Origin: a virus
Lineage: Duplodnaviria; Heunggongvirae; Uroviricota; Caudoviricetes
Virus record (IMG/VR): IMGVR_UViG_3300032318_002198
Length of the DNA: 64,000 bases
Reading direction: 5' to 3' (one strand)
This document shows positions 18,416-29,116 of this stretch, in pieces (positions within the stretch are counted from its first letter, which is position 1; the number at the start of each line of letters is the position of its first letter). A program made the position numbers and the translations under genes. The notes below the pieces were generated by a model. It ran no database searches. It was given only the letters and a program-made list of their open reading frames with translations, and was not told the origin of the DNA.

Positions 18416-19084
18416 ATGAAATATAACAATTGGTACAACGATATTGTGGAAAGAGCCAGAGATAGAAATCTAGACACTTACACAGAAACCCACCATATTC
18501 TTCCTAGAAGTTTAGGCGGTGATGATTCTACAGATAATTTAGTAGAATTAACTGCGAGAGAACATTTTGTTTGTCATTGGCTTTTGGTAAAAATGACTAT
18601 AGGCGAAGCAAGGGGCAAAATGATTAACGCTCTTTATATGATGCAGGCAGAAGGGTCATATCAAAAAAGATACAAGACAAAAATAACTGGGCGCATATAT
18701 GAACATTTAAGAAAAGAGTATGCGCAATATATTTCTAAAAAGAATAAAGGCAGAATACAACCACCTGAAGAAAAAGAAAAACAGATCAAATCTCAGACAG
18801 GCAGAAAAAGAGAAACATTTAGTGTAGAATGGCGAGAGAAATTATCTCAAAATCATAAAAGTAAACAACTAGGATTTGATGGAACGTTGTCAAAAGACAC
18901 TCGTAAAAAGATGAGTGAGAAGGCAACAGGCAGAAAACAAAGCCCGGAAACAATTGCTAAAAAATCTGCTGCTATAAAAGGTTCTAAGAGAGAAAAACTC
19001 CTTTGCCCCCACTGCCAAAAACTAATATCAGTAAACACTTATCCTCGCTGGCACGGTGATAACTGTAAATACAAAAAGGAATAA
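18416..19084 (+). mobile_element. Free-standing HNH homing endonuclease with NUMOD3-like C-terminus
   Basis: ETHHILPRSLGGDDSTDNLVELTAREHFVCH; C-terminal CPHC...HGDNCK; start set at ATG 18416, 5 nt after TAAATA. Confidence 0.85.
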
Positions 19085-19263
19085 TGATGTCCAGATCTAT
19101 ATCAGAATTAAAAAACAACGAAAAGACATTGAGCCCTGAGTTATTATCTTTTTTAAAAGAGTTAAATATTGGCTCTAATAACAATATTAAGGATATACAA
19201 TTACAGATAGAAAATGCTAACAAAGAATTAGAATATAGAAGGAGTCTCGGTGAGAATATTTGA
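19084..19263 (+). CDS. 59 aa hypothetical protein (below ORF-track cutoff)
   Basis: SD AAGGA at 19076-19080; MMSRSISELKNNEK...RRSLGENI*. Confidence 0.55.
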   Translation: MMSRSISELKNNEKTLSPELLSFLKELNIGSNNNIKDIQLQIENANKELEYRRSLGENI

Positions 19264-19549
19264 AATAACTGATAAAAATAAAATAGTTATTGGTATATCC
19301 GACATTAATATTAATTTTGAAGCAGAATATCAATTTTTAATTAATTTGCTATTGGTCTTAATTAAATTAAAAACTCCGGCACGAAATCGAAAGGCATTGA
19401 GAAATATCGAAGATTTTAAAAATAGAATACATCATTTTCGTCAAAGTAACCTACTTGATAGATTAGATCCTGATATTATCGAATTAGACAATAAACTTCG
19501 AAAAATGGAATCTACTATAGATGCTCTTCTATCTCAATTACTTCTCTAA
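19250..19549 (+). CDS. Hypothetical protein
   Basis: GTG start with SD AAGGAG; N-terminal MRIFEIT. Confidence 0.55.
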   Translation: MRIFEITDKNKIVIGISDININFEAEYQFLINLLLVLIKLKTPARNRKALRNIEDFKNRIHHFRQSNLLDRLDPDIIELDNKLRKMESTIDALLSQLLL

Positions 19550-19568
19550 CCCGCTTCGGCGGGTTTTT
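19548..19568 (+). terminator. Intrinsic terminator, identical to the one at 18339
   Basis: AACCCGCTTCGGCGGGTTTTT. Confidence 0.9.
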
Positions 19569-19571
19569 CTT

Positions 19572-19635
19572 TATAAATACATTGTTCGCTCCGCAAGGGG
19601 GTTTATGTGGTTACCCGCCACGTAGGCAATAGAAC
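19572..19635 (+). promoter_or_regulatory. Late promoter TATAAATA plus structured 5' leader
   Basis: TATAAATA 19572-19579; GTTC/GAAC closing a CTCC-GCAA-GGGG hairpin and a 10-bp G-U-rich hairpin. Confidence 0.6.
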
Positions 19636-19660
19636 TGTCTTAACATAAAGGAAAAATAAA

Positions 19661-20542
19661 ATGGGACGTCCGATTAAGAAACAATTTTTTGGTAATTTAA
19701 ACACTCCGCCGATTGGAGGAGAAGGCATTAATACAGTAACAGTAATAAGCTCCGGTACATTATATAGCCAAGGTGCAACAGCAGTTATTACAAGTCCTCA
19801 AATACCCGATGGTGTAGCTCCTTCACTAACAGCCGGTATTAATAACGGCGGTGTTACTGTTGTAAGCGTAGGAACTGCTGGTTTAGGATATACTAGCACA
19901 GCAACTGTAACAATAACAACAGCCAGCGGTGTAACAAAAGTATCTACGGGTGCAGCTAGCACTACAACTATCACAGTAGCAAATACATCAGGTATTTTTA
20001 TTGGAATGACTATTACTGGCAATGCTGGCCTAGGCGGTGCAGGCGATACTGCTAGAGTTGTTGCTGTTCAAGGAACTTCTACCGTTATTACAAACGTAGC
20101 TAATGATGCAACTATGACTGGCGTTACCTTATCTTTCAGAGATTTAGGTAGTGGCTTTGCAGCAATAACATCTTTGACAAATACAAGGATCAATTCAATT
20201 AGATCTACAGCATTTATTCCGGCAAATGATGGTGGTACTGCGGCAAGAGAAGCAGACATCGTAAAACAAGAATCTAGTCGTCGTTATTTGGTAAAAACCG
20301 CTGAAGGAACAGGACAATGTCGATTAGTTGCGGTTGCTAATGCATCATTAGTAGCAGGTCAAATGAATATTCTTGCGACAGATATATTAGGTAGCACATA
20401 CTATGTTACTAAATTAACTGCTCGCCGTGCAACGTTGAGCACCGCAACTAACAATGGCGGATTTGAGTATGCTTCCGGTGCTGTGTCAGGTTGGTCTTTA
20501 AGTACAGCCACAACAGGAACTGTAAGTATATCAAATAGTTAA
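19661..20542 (+). CDS. Virion structural protein (beta-rich; decoration/fibre-like)
   Basis: T/G/S/A-rich, late promoter, own terminator, follows MCP locus. Confidence 0.65.
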   Translation: MGRPIKKQFFGNLNTPPIGGEGINTVTVISSGTLYSQGATAVITSPQIPDGVAPSLTAGINNGGVTVVSVGTAGLGYTSTATVTITTASGVTKVSTGAASTTTITVANTSGIFIGMTITGNAGLGGAGDTARVVAVQGTSTVITNVANDATMTGVTLSFRDLGSGFAAITSLTNTRINSIRSTAFIPANDGGTAAREADIVKQESSRRYLVKTAEGTGQCRLVAVANASLVAGQMNILATDILGSTYYVTKLTARRATLSTATNNGGFEYASGAVSGWSLSTATTGTVSISNS

Positions 20543-20560
20543 TTAAACTATTAACATACT

Positions 20561-20586
20561 AAAAAAGGAGCTCGGGCTCCTTTTTT
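20561..20586 (+). terminator. Intrinsic (bidirectional-type) terminator
   Basis: AAAAAAGGAGC-TCGG-GCTCCTTTTTT. Confidence 0.85.
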
Positions 20587-20623
20587 CTTTTAAAATAAAT
20601 TAATATTTTAGGTAAATAGGTAT

Positions 20624-21145
20624 ATGGCATCATTTTGGACATATCCTAATTTATTATCTCAGTCAGTAGAAACTGGAGCAGAAGAAATACATATTCCTTG
20701 GGGAAATCTTACTGCGGAATATACACGAACTACTGATAAATCATCTATTGTATCAAGTAAGAATCTATATCATATTGCACGAAGTCCTAAACATAATTTA
20801 ATGACTAAGACTTATTTTTTAAACGCATCTGGATTTAGATTTGAAAATCTTCCTACAACGTTATCGGGTGTGGAATTAAGAATTAACAGTAATCGGAGAG
20901 GTAGGATTATGGATGATACTATTGTTTTGTTAATGGGTGATCAACCATTGGGAGAAAATAAAGCAACGGATGAGATTTCAATGACTTCTTTATATGGATC
21001 TCCGACTGATACTTGGAGAGCCGAACTTACTATCGATGATATCAATAATCCTAACTTTGGAGTAATGTTGAGATACAAATCTCATAACAAATGGCCCCAT
21101 AGTGATCCTATGTTAATAAACTCTATAGAATTACGAATTTACTAA
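20624..21145 (+). CDS. Hypothetical late protein
   Basis: TAAATA 5 nt upstream of ATG; 173 aa. Confidence 0.65.
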   Translation: MASFWTYPNLLSQSVETGAEEIHIPWGNLTAEYTRTTDKSSIVSSKNLYHIARSPKHNLMTKTYFLNASGFRFENLPTTLSGVELRINSNRRGRIMDDTIVLLMGDQPLGENKATDEISMTSLYGSPTDTWRAELTIDDINNPNFGVMLRYKSHNKWPHSDPMLINSIELRIY

Positions 21146-21181
21146 AACAATAAATACTAAGAACAATAAACGGAAAATATA

Positions 21182-24100
21182 ATGGCAACAAGAGTAACAG
21201 GTACCAAAACAGTAACTAGAACAGGACCCAGTACAATATCTGCTCCTACTACTAGCATTAGTTTAGATGCGCCGACCGTTTATATAACCGGTGGTATAAG
21301 CATTACCGATGTTACTACTATCACTAATAAATTAGTTTTATCAACAGTAACAAATACTTCTTTATTAGCAAACGAAACTGTTTATTTTAATATTGACCAA
21401 ACGGCAAATGTCACTAATCCGTTAAATCAATTATATACTGCTACGAATATATACGGAACATTTACTCAAAGAATCGTAGGTGCAGTATATGTACCAGGTG
21501 GAGTTGGCATCGAAAAAGACTTAAATGTCGGCGGATTCATTTATGGTAGAGTTGCAGAAGCCAATACCAGTGTTAGTATTATAGTTACATCGACTAACGA
21601 AAATAACACATTCTATCCTTTATTTTCTAGAACATCCTCTGGTATAGGAGAAGTGTATACAGATATAACGGGAGAAAGAAACGGATTAACATACAACCCG
21701 TCAACTGGTAAATTAATTATAGATCGGATTCATGTTGCATCAACCGAAAGTTCGATAAGTCCCATAACCGGAGCATTCACTGTTTCGGGCGGTGTCGGTA
21801 TCCTGGGCGATGTAAACTTAGGAAAAAATTTAACAGTTAATGGAGATATCACTCCTGCACAAAACTTAATTCATAGTATCGGCACAACATCTAGTCAATG
21901 GTATGAAGGTTTCTTACAAAACATTTATACAAATGTAATTGCTTCAACTACCGGAAGTATCGAAATTAGACCAGATGCAGAACTTACCGACATATATGGT
22001 AATATTCGTGTACGCGGTGATAAACCACTCGGAACTGCACCTGTTGTTACCAATACTTTATATGTTACTGTTGATGGTAATGACACTAATGATGGTAGAG
22101 CACAAGATGCAAGTCGAGCATGTAGAACAATTGGCGGAGCATTAAACAGTCCGTATTATCAACCAGGTACTCAAATACTAGTAAGTCCAGGAAGATATTT
22201 AGAAAATAATCCACTAAGACTAAAACCATATACCAGTATTAGGGGTTCTGATATCAGAACTACTTTTGTTGAACCAATTAATAAAACTCAAGACCTATTC
22301 CATTTAGAAAGCGGATGTTATTTAAATTATATGACTTTCTTAAATGGCCGTTCAGGATTATTAGAAGGTCCTTATGCTGCTGGATACAATAGAGGAGCAT
22401 ATTGCACGGCATTTCCGCCCCTAGAAGGCAATGAAAGAATTGATTTATTCCACTCTCCGTACGTACAAAACTGTACTAATCAAAGCGGACCTTGGCTGAA
22501 AGATGGCTCATTATACCAGCCTAATCAAACTGTTCAAATTCCTGAAGCAGTCGGTACAGGGACGTGGGTAAAGAATACAACAACGTTAATTGTATATGTA
22601 AGCACAGGTACTATCAAACAAGGTATGAGCATTAACTCTGGTCAACAAAATCCAGGATTTTTCAACGCAAGAACCTTGATATTAGCAAATAAATCATTCT
22701 TACAAGAACAGGTTATAAACTATATTTCTAATCAAATTACTACTAATGTTGGAAACTCATCGAGCATTTGGTGGAATACATTAACCAATACTTCATTCAG
22801 TTACAATGAAGAAAAATGCAGACGAGATGTTGGTATATTAGTTGAAAATGTAGCATACGATGCTGCATTTGGAGGTAATCAAAAAGCTCGCGAAAGTGGA
22901 TTAGCATATTATAACGGTGTTGTAAGTTTGATTGCCGGTCAAGAAAAGCAAACAACCTCAGCTATTAACTATCTTAATACACTAACACAGTTAGTGATTG
23001 TTAATGCCACATGTCCTGTGATAGGAAGCAATATAGATCCTCAGATTAAAAATACAGCATTAACGAAAGGAAATATTGCTTCTCAATCAATCAATAATTT
23101 ATTTGGAATAATTACCAAAATTATAAATCAAGGACCTAGTGCCGCACCTGATTTATATTCGAGCCCAGGTCCAGATGCTGCATTTGTAAGTGCAGAAATA
23201 TTAATGCAAACAAATAGAAAATTCATACAAGAAGATACTATTAATTACATTAATAAAAATTTAATCGGAGCTACATTCCCATATAGTGAAATAAAATGTA
23301 GAAGAGATACAGGATTAATTATTGATTCTATAGCATTTGATATGCTATACCCTACAACGAATTACAGTCAATCAACCTTTGCAGGTCTTCAATATTGGAA
23401 ACAAAAAGACCTTGTGCCTACGATTACAGATGAAATAACTACTACAACATTAGCTATCTCATACTTAAAAGAATTAGCAGGTAAAGTAATATTGAACCTT
23501 ACACCTAACGATGATTTGATTCCTCGTTACCAAACTGTGATCGCTCAAAATACTACTACATACCAAGCAGCTACTTCAGATGAAGTTAATATTATCTATG
23601 AAAGATTTGATGAAATATTAGAAATATTGAGAGGTACAACAACCGGCTGGACCGATAGAATTGTACCGAACGGAAAGAAAAGTAATTTCCTTGCCGTGGC
23701 AAATGCAACATATAATTTATTAACAAATACAAATTATATGGCCCACGAAGTAACAGCATACATTAACTATGTTACTTCCGGAACAGGATTTGTTTATAAT
23801 ACTTCTACTTGCAGACGAGATATTGGATATATTGTAAACGCTGTGGCATTTGACTTATTACACAGTGGAAACCGACAATCTGTTCAAAATGGCTTATATT
23901 ATTATGGATTTAGTGTAACTACCTCATCAGTTGAAGCACAACAATCTCAAACCGTTGCAGCATTTAACTATCTGTCTTCGTTAACTAACAAGGTTATTCA
24001 AAATATTCCTGTTGTTGCTAAACAAGATAAAGTACCTCAGGTATTTACTTCGGTCACTGCAACTAATTCACAAGGCACCACATTAAATTCCGCGATAGGA

Positions 24101-26620
24101 ATTATTACAGGTATTATTACTGGAACTTCAACCGTAGCGTTACCTCCACAAACTATAGGATTTACTGCAAGCTCTGTAGTCGATGTTATTGAAGCTTTTG
24201 ATAATTTGTATGCTAATAAAAACTTCTTAATAGAAGAAGTTATTACGTATATCGACCAAACATATAATCCTACAGCATTCAATTATGATGAGGCAAAATG
24301 TTATAGAGACGTGGGGCTATTAATTGATGCAGTTAGCCAAGACATCTTATTAGGCGGAAATCAAAAAAGTATTGAAGCAGGGCAAGCATATTGGAGTGCT
24401 GGATATAATTACATAGCAGGCCAGGAAACAACTACGACTATGGCAATTAACTATGTGTCGTATCTATCTACTATGACAGCCGCTAATAAAGTAGTAACAC
24501 CTCAGACAAATACAGATGTTACTCAAGTTATTAATTCATTCTTTGAGTATGGTTGGGAATATGGACCGCAAGAAGCTATAAAACGTAACTACAATATCAT
24601 TACTGATATTATAAAAAATGGCCCTAATTATGCTCCACCTGTTTATGCAGGCGGTGGATTGTTTGCATTAACTGGATTAAATGGATCTGATGTTATTATA
24701 TCTCCAAAAGTAACTGCGGTATATACTGCATCGGGAGGAACTTTCTTAATTGGCTTGAATACTTCTACCGTAGGGTTTGGTATTAATTCGACTTTGTATT
24801 TTGGTAATACCACAGTATTTCCTTATACCGATAAAGAAGTAGAAGATTTAAGCTATGAACTTACTGGTAACACTAGCACATGGAATTCTCGTAAGACAGA
24901 TCCAATTGGATCTATGGGCGGCAGTTTAGTCGATGGTGGTGTAATTAGTGCAAGAAGCCCGATTCAATCATTTGTATATGATGCGTTTACACAAGTCAAT
25001 CAAGGCGGTAGAGGAGTTCATATAACTAATGACGGCTATGCCCAGTTAGTCTCAGTGTTTACTATATTCTGCTCAGTTGGCGTTCAAGTTGATAACGGTG
25101 GTATTGCATCTATCGTTAATAGTAACGCAAACTTTGGTGATATTTGCTTGTTAGCAAAAGGATTTGGAAAGCGTAAATTTAGCGGAACAATTTATAATCC
25201 TTCATTCAAAGCATTTAATCGTGACACGGGAGCAAGAGATCCTTCGTTTGACCAATATTTCCCAGACGGATTCTGGCCAAAAGCAGCCAGAGTTGAAGTA
25301 TTTGTTCCAGACATCGATGATAGACCACATATATCATTAATCATGGAAATCGAACCTCCGGAAGGGCATATCAATGAACAATTATTACCAGGATTCTTAA
25401 ATGCCATACCAAATAAAGCAATATTGAATACTGGATCGATTGTAATATCCGATATTGATACTGATGGTATAGCAATTGGAAATAGTTTATATATTAGAGA
25501 TATAAACAATAATAGAAATTATGTTGCAACAGGTACTGTTGTAACTGATATTGGTTACAGAAGCGTTGTATTAAACAAGGCATTAATCAACGGTGGCGGT
25601 GATGTCAATAACGACAATTTCTTTAATTTATATTTCTGTGGTAATGCTTATTACACCGTATTAGGAAGCACTGTAGCCGAAAATCCAAAAACAAATGGTA
25701 TTAATTTATTATCGACTAGTTCTACAGGCTTGGCCCACGATCAAGTTCAACCACATGCCAATGCTATACGATTTTTAAATAGTTTAACTCTACGAGTTAT
25801 TAGCAATCAAGCAATAACTTCGTTACAAACAGGTACAACGTATACACCGGATCCTTTAGTCACAGGAGGAGCACAAGCTTCTACATTTATTAATTTAAGA
25901 TTCAATGAAATTTTATCTATCTTAACTGCAACAAATGTTACAGCAGCCGAAGCAATTATTCCTGAAAGATTAAGAAATAAAACCGGTACCGCACCATTGG
26001 GTGCAAGTAGTGCAATTAATTTAATTAACAGAAATATCGAATTCTTAGCCGATGAAGTATCTGCATATACAACAAGCACATATGCAGGATCTATATTCTC
26101 AGGTATAAGTCAAGCTACTTACAACATGATTGTTGAGAAATGTCAACGTGACGTTAAGTTAATATTGAGAAGAATAATATATGATTTAGAATCGGGTGGA
26201 CGATACAATTCTGTAATGACTGGATTAAGTTACTGGTCTAGAAATGGAACTCATTTTATTGTACAAATGGCCGAAAATGTACGCAGAACTGATCTATTTC
26301 CAGACGGATCAACCGTTAATTTCTATCAAAGAAGTTACATGAGTGCTTCTGGTTATGTATTTGAATATGTGGGTGCAGGTACTAATTATGGGTCATTACC
26401 TCAAGTAGGAAGAGCAGACCCAGTACAAGGAAAAGAAACGGTTCAACTCAGTGGCGGCAAAGTATTCTTTACTAGTACTGATCAAAACGGCGATTTTAGA
26501 ATTGGTCCAGGGTTAGTTATTAGCCAAGCAACTGGAGTGTTGAGCGGAAGAACATTTACTAAGTCATTGTTTGCTAATATGACACCATTTATTTTAGCAA
26601 TCGAAGGCGGAGGAATATAA
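21182..26620 (+). CDS. Large virion structural / fibre-associated protein with internal repeats
   Basis: 1812 aa; repeated Y(N/D)ExKCxRD(V/T)G...D...GGN units, beta-helix-like SPYVQNCT/FTQVNQGG segments, C-terminal FTSTDQNGDFRIG. Confidence 0.75.
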   Translation: MATRVTGTKTVTRTGPSTISAPTTSISLDAPTVYITGGISITDVTTITNKLVLSTVTNTSLLANETVYFNIDQTANVTNPLNQLYTATNIYGTFTQRIVGAVYVPGGVGIEKDLNVGGFIYGRVAEANTSVSIIVTSTNENNTFYPLFSRTSSGIGEVYTDITGERNGLTYNPSTGKLIIDRIHVASTESSISPITGAFTVSGGVGILGDVNLGKNLTVNGDITPAQNLIHSIGTTSSQWYEGFLQNIYTNVIASTTGSIEIRPDAELTDIYGNIRVRGDKPLGTAPVVTNTLYVTVDGNDTNDGRAQDASRACRTIGGALNSPYYQPGTQILVSPGRYLENNPLRLKPYTSIRGSDIRTTFVEPINKTQDLFHLESGCYLNYMTFLNGRSGLLEGPYAAGYNRGAYCTAFPPLEGNERIDLFHSPYVQNCTNQSGPWLKDGSLYQPNQTVQIPEAVGTGTWVKNTTTLIVYVSTGTIKQGMSINSGQQNPGFFNARTLILANKSFLQEQVINYISNQITTNVGNSSSIWWNTLTNTSFSYNEEKCRRDVGILVENVAYDAAFGGNQKARESGLAYYNGVVSLIAGQEKQTTSAINYLNTLTQLVIVNATCPVIGSNIDPQIKNTALTKGNIASQSINNLFGIITKIINQGPSAAPDLYSSPGPDAAFVSAEILMQTNRKFIQEDTINYINKNLIGATFPYSEIKCRRDTGLIIDSIAFDMLYPTTNYSQSTFAGLQYWKQKDLVPTITDEITTTTLAISYLKELAGKVILNLTPNDDLIPRYQTVIAQNTTTYQAATSDEVNIIYERFDEILEILRGTTTGWTDRIVPNGKKSNFLAVANATYNLLTNTNYMAHEVTAYINYVTSGTGFVYNTSTCRRDIGYIVNAVAFDLLHSGNRQSVQNGLYYYGFSVTTSSVEAQQSQTVAAFNYLSSLTNKVIQNIPVVAKQDKVPQVFTSVTATNSQGTTLNSAIGIITGIITGTSTVALPPQTIGFTASSVVDVIEAFDNLYANKNFLIEEVITYIDQTYNPTAFNYDEAKCYRDVGLLIDAVSQDILLGGNQKSIEAGQAYWSAGYNYIAGQETTTTMAINYVSYLSTMTAANKVVTPQTNTDVTQVINSFFEYGWEYGPQEAIKRNYNIITDIIKNGPNYAPPVYAGGGLFALTGLNGSDVIISPKVTAVYTASGGTFLIGLNTSTVGFGINSTLYFGNTTVFPYTDKEVEDLSYELTGNTSTWNSRKTDPIGSMGGSLVDGGVISARSPIQSFVYDAFTQVNQGGRGVHITNDGYAQLVSVFTIFCSVGVQVDNGGIASIVNSNANFGDICLLAKGFGKRKFSGTIYNPSFKAFNRDTGARDPSFDQYFPDGFWPKAARVEVFVPDIDDRPHISLIMEIEPPEGHINEQLLPGFLNAIPNKAILNTGSIVISDIDTDGIAIGNSLYIRDINNNRNYVATGTVVTDIGYRSVVLNKALINGGGDVNNDNFFNLYFCGNAYYTVLGSTVAENPKTNGINLLSTSSTGLAHDQVQPHANAIRFLNSLTLRVISNQAITSLQTGTTYTPDPLVTGGAQASTFINLRFNEILSILTATNVTAAEAIIPERLRNKTGTAPLGASSAINLINRNIEFLADEVSAYTTSTYAGSIFSGISQATYNMIVEKCQRDVKLILRRIIYDLESGGRYNSVMTGLSYWSRNGTHFIVQMAENVRRTDLFPDGSTVNFYQRSYMSASGYVFEYVGAGTNYGSLPQVGRADPVQGKETVQLSGGKVFFTSTDQNGDFRIGPGLVISQATGVLSGRTFTKSLFANMTPFILAIEGGGI

Positions 26621-26631
26621 AGGAATAATAT

Positions 26632-27015
26632 ATGGCATTGATACCATTAAACACATTTAAAACTAAAACAGCAATATTAACAAATGTTAGTACCGCAACG
26701 GTATATACAGCACCCGTTGGAGTTACTTCTATTATATTAATGGCACAAATTTCTAATTTAACTTCCTCTACCCAACAAGCGACAGTAAGTCATTATAGAA
26801 ATTTACCAGTGCTCGCCGATGCCCAAGGTTTAGGTGGACAGGCGGCAAATACTATTTCCCCTTTAGTTAAAGATTTTGAAATACCAGGAAAAGATTCTGC
26901 AAGTGTTTTGACTGGAAAATTAATTATTGAAAGTTTAGATAGTGTCAGGGCATCATCATTAAATTCAGGAACATGTCAATTAGTATTAAGTATACTTGAA
27001 ACAGCTAACGACTAA
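26632..27015 (+). CDS. Small virion structural protein
   Basis: VYTAPVG...LSILE motif; in fibre operon with SD AAGGA. Confidence 0.65.
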   Translation: MALIPLNTFKTKTAILTNVSTATVYTAPVGVTSIILMAQISNLTSSTQQATVSHYRNLPVLADAQGLGGQAANTISPLVKDFEIPGKDSASVLTGKLIIESLDSVRASSLNSGTCQLVLSILETAND

Positions 27016-27029
27016 AATAGAGATTTATT

Positions 27030-29105
27030 ATGACTAGATTATTAAGTGGATCAACAATTAGACGAGGCGGTAGTGGGGAATTTATTGACCTCGCGGGCGC
27101 ACAGCCCCAACTCCCGCCGACGGATACAACTGCAACAGGTTTTACTTTAATTACCGATTCGCTATTAAGAACAACATATAAATCAAGTCTTGGATTTATT
27201 GAATTTACTTCTGCTACTATGTTTAGCAGTTTACCTTTGGGTACTATCAGAATAAGATCTACAGGCTCGACCTTCTTATCTATAAGTACAACAACTGGTA
27301 ATTTAGTAGTAGACGGTGGTATCGGTGTCGGCGGCAATATGAATATTGCTCGAGATATTGTAGTAAACGGTTTGACCATAGGAAAAGGATTTGAAGGCAT
27401 CAATAACATTGTTATTAAAGGTGTCGCCCAACCTCAAACGACAACTGATAATGATGGTCAAGCAAGCATTGCAATAGGTTATGATGCATTACAGGGCCTT
27501 ACTACTTCATATAAAAATATTGCAATAGGAAGATATGCATTAAGTTCGGGTACTAACTTATCGAATAATATAGCGATAGGCGATAGTGCTTTAAGAAATA
27601 TCGGAGTTATAAATGCATTACCATTAATTAATGTAAATGGAGCTTCTAACACCAACCCTGTAGTAATAACAACCCCGTCCGCACATAATTTAAATTCCGG
27701 AACTAATGTTAGTTTTAGTAATATGATAGGTATGACCGAACTTAACGGACAAACTTTTTATATTAGCAAACTATCGAATAATACGTTATCGTTGTATTAT
27801 GATAATATTTTATCTAATCCAGTTAATGGGACATTGTTTGACACTTATTTAGGCGGAGGTACGTTAGATCGAATCTTATTAAAAAATAATAATATTGCAA
27901 TAGGTACAGATTCTGGTAAAAATTTATTTGACGGCGAAAAGAATTTCTTTTTTGGCGATGGTGTTGGTACTAATTTAACAACTGGATCTAATAACTTTTT
28001 TATAGGTCATGATGTTGGTAATAATTTTATCTACGGAAATAATAATATTGCATTAGGCGGTGATAACTTAGTCAACGGATTAGATAATCAAGTTAACATC
28101 GGTAGTGTGTTTTATTATAATGGGTTAGGTGATTTACAATTAAATTCTGACACAGAAGTGGGATTAGGGACCACAGCAACAATAACACCGGCAAATGCAA
28201 TTGTTAGTACAAGTACATTTACCGGAGGTTTAGTAGTTATCGGTGGTTTGGTAGTTACTGAAAATTCGGTTCTTAATAAAGACATTAGAATATTATCATC
28301 GACACTGGCATCATCAACTGTTACCGGCGCATTAGTAATCGGCGGCGGAGTTGGTATAGGTGGTAATTTATATGTTGGTAATCAATTAAATGTAACTGGT
28401 AATGGCAGTGTAACACTGAATCCTCAAAATGCAAGTGTAGCAATTCAACCAACAGGCGTAGGAACAGTAGCAATACAACCAGTAAATGTTCCAGGTACAC
28501 TAGATAATGTTGATATTGGTAATCTAGTACCAAGACTTGGAACATTTATAATTTTAACCGCAACAACAAAAGTTAATGTATTGGGACAAGAAAATGCCGT
28601 AAGTACATCATCGGGTGCAGTAGTTGTACGCGGCGGAGTCGGTATTGGTAAAGATTTATGGGTAGGTGGAAAAATATATGGTCCAAATGTCGGCGGTCTA
28701 GACGGCCAACAGCTATATATTAATACAGCAACTGCCGGAACATATTATTTTGGTCTGACACAATCAATCGGGACTTTTTCAAACTTTAGCAGTACCAGTA
28801 CAATAACTTTTGATAATTCCTTAGGAAAATTAAATGTTTCGAGTACATTATCGAGTACGGTAACAAACAGTCAACAAGCAGTAGTAATCGGCGGAGGTGC
28901 TTATATCGATAAAGGAATCTACAGTTCAACATCTGGAAATTCATTTGAAAATAACTTAGTATACAGTCCAAGAGTTACTATTAGTACAACAACTCCATTA
29001 ACTCCTCGCGTCGGAGATTTTTGGATAGATCCAACTTATGGTGTTGAGCTACAATACGTTCAAGATGGAGCAAATAGATTTTGGGTACAATTTACAGGAT
29101 TATAA
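27030..29105 (+). CDS. Tail fibre protein
   Basis: GALVIGGGVGIGGNL repeats, NIAIG adhesin-head repeats, SNTNPVVITTPSAHNL...GMTELNG module. Confidence 0.75.
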   Translation: MTRLLSGSTIRRGGSGEFIDLAGAQPQLPPTDTTATGFTLITDSLLRTTYKSSLGFIEFTSATMFSSLPLGTIRIRSTGSTFLSISTTTGNLVVDGGIGVGGNMNIARDIVVNGLTIGKGFEGINNIVIKGVAQPQTTTDNDGQASIAIGYDALQGLTTSYKNIAIGRYALSSGTNLSNNIAIGDSALRNIGVINALPLINVNGASNTNPVVITTPSAHNLNSGTNVSFSNMIGMTELNGQTFYISKLSNNTLSLYYDNILSNPVNGTLFDTYLGGGTLDRILLKNNNIAIGTDSGKNLFDGEKNFFFGDGVGTNLTTGSNNFFIGHDVGNNFIYGNNNIALGGDNLVNGLDNQVNIGSVFYYNGLGDLQLNSDTEVGLGTTATITPANAIVSTSTFTGGLVVIGGLVVTENSVLNKDIRILSSTLASSTVTGALVIGGGVGIGGNLYVGNQLNVTGNGSVTLNPQNASVAIQPTGVGTVAIQPVNVPGTLDNVDIGNLVPRLGTFIILTATTKVNVLGQENAVSTSSGAVVVRGGVGIGKDLWVGGKIYGPNVGGLDGQQLYINTATAGTYYFGLTQSIGTFSNFSSTSTITFDNSLGKLNVSSTLSSTVTNSQQAVVIGGGAYIDKGIYSSTSGNSFENNLVYSPRVTISTTTPLTPRVGDFWIDPTYGVELQYVQDGANRFWVQFTGL

Positions 29106-29116
29106 AGAGATAAATT

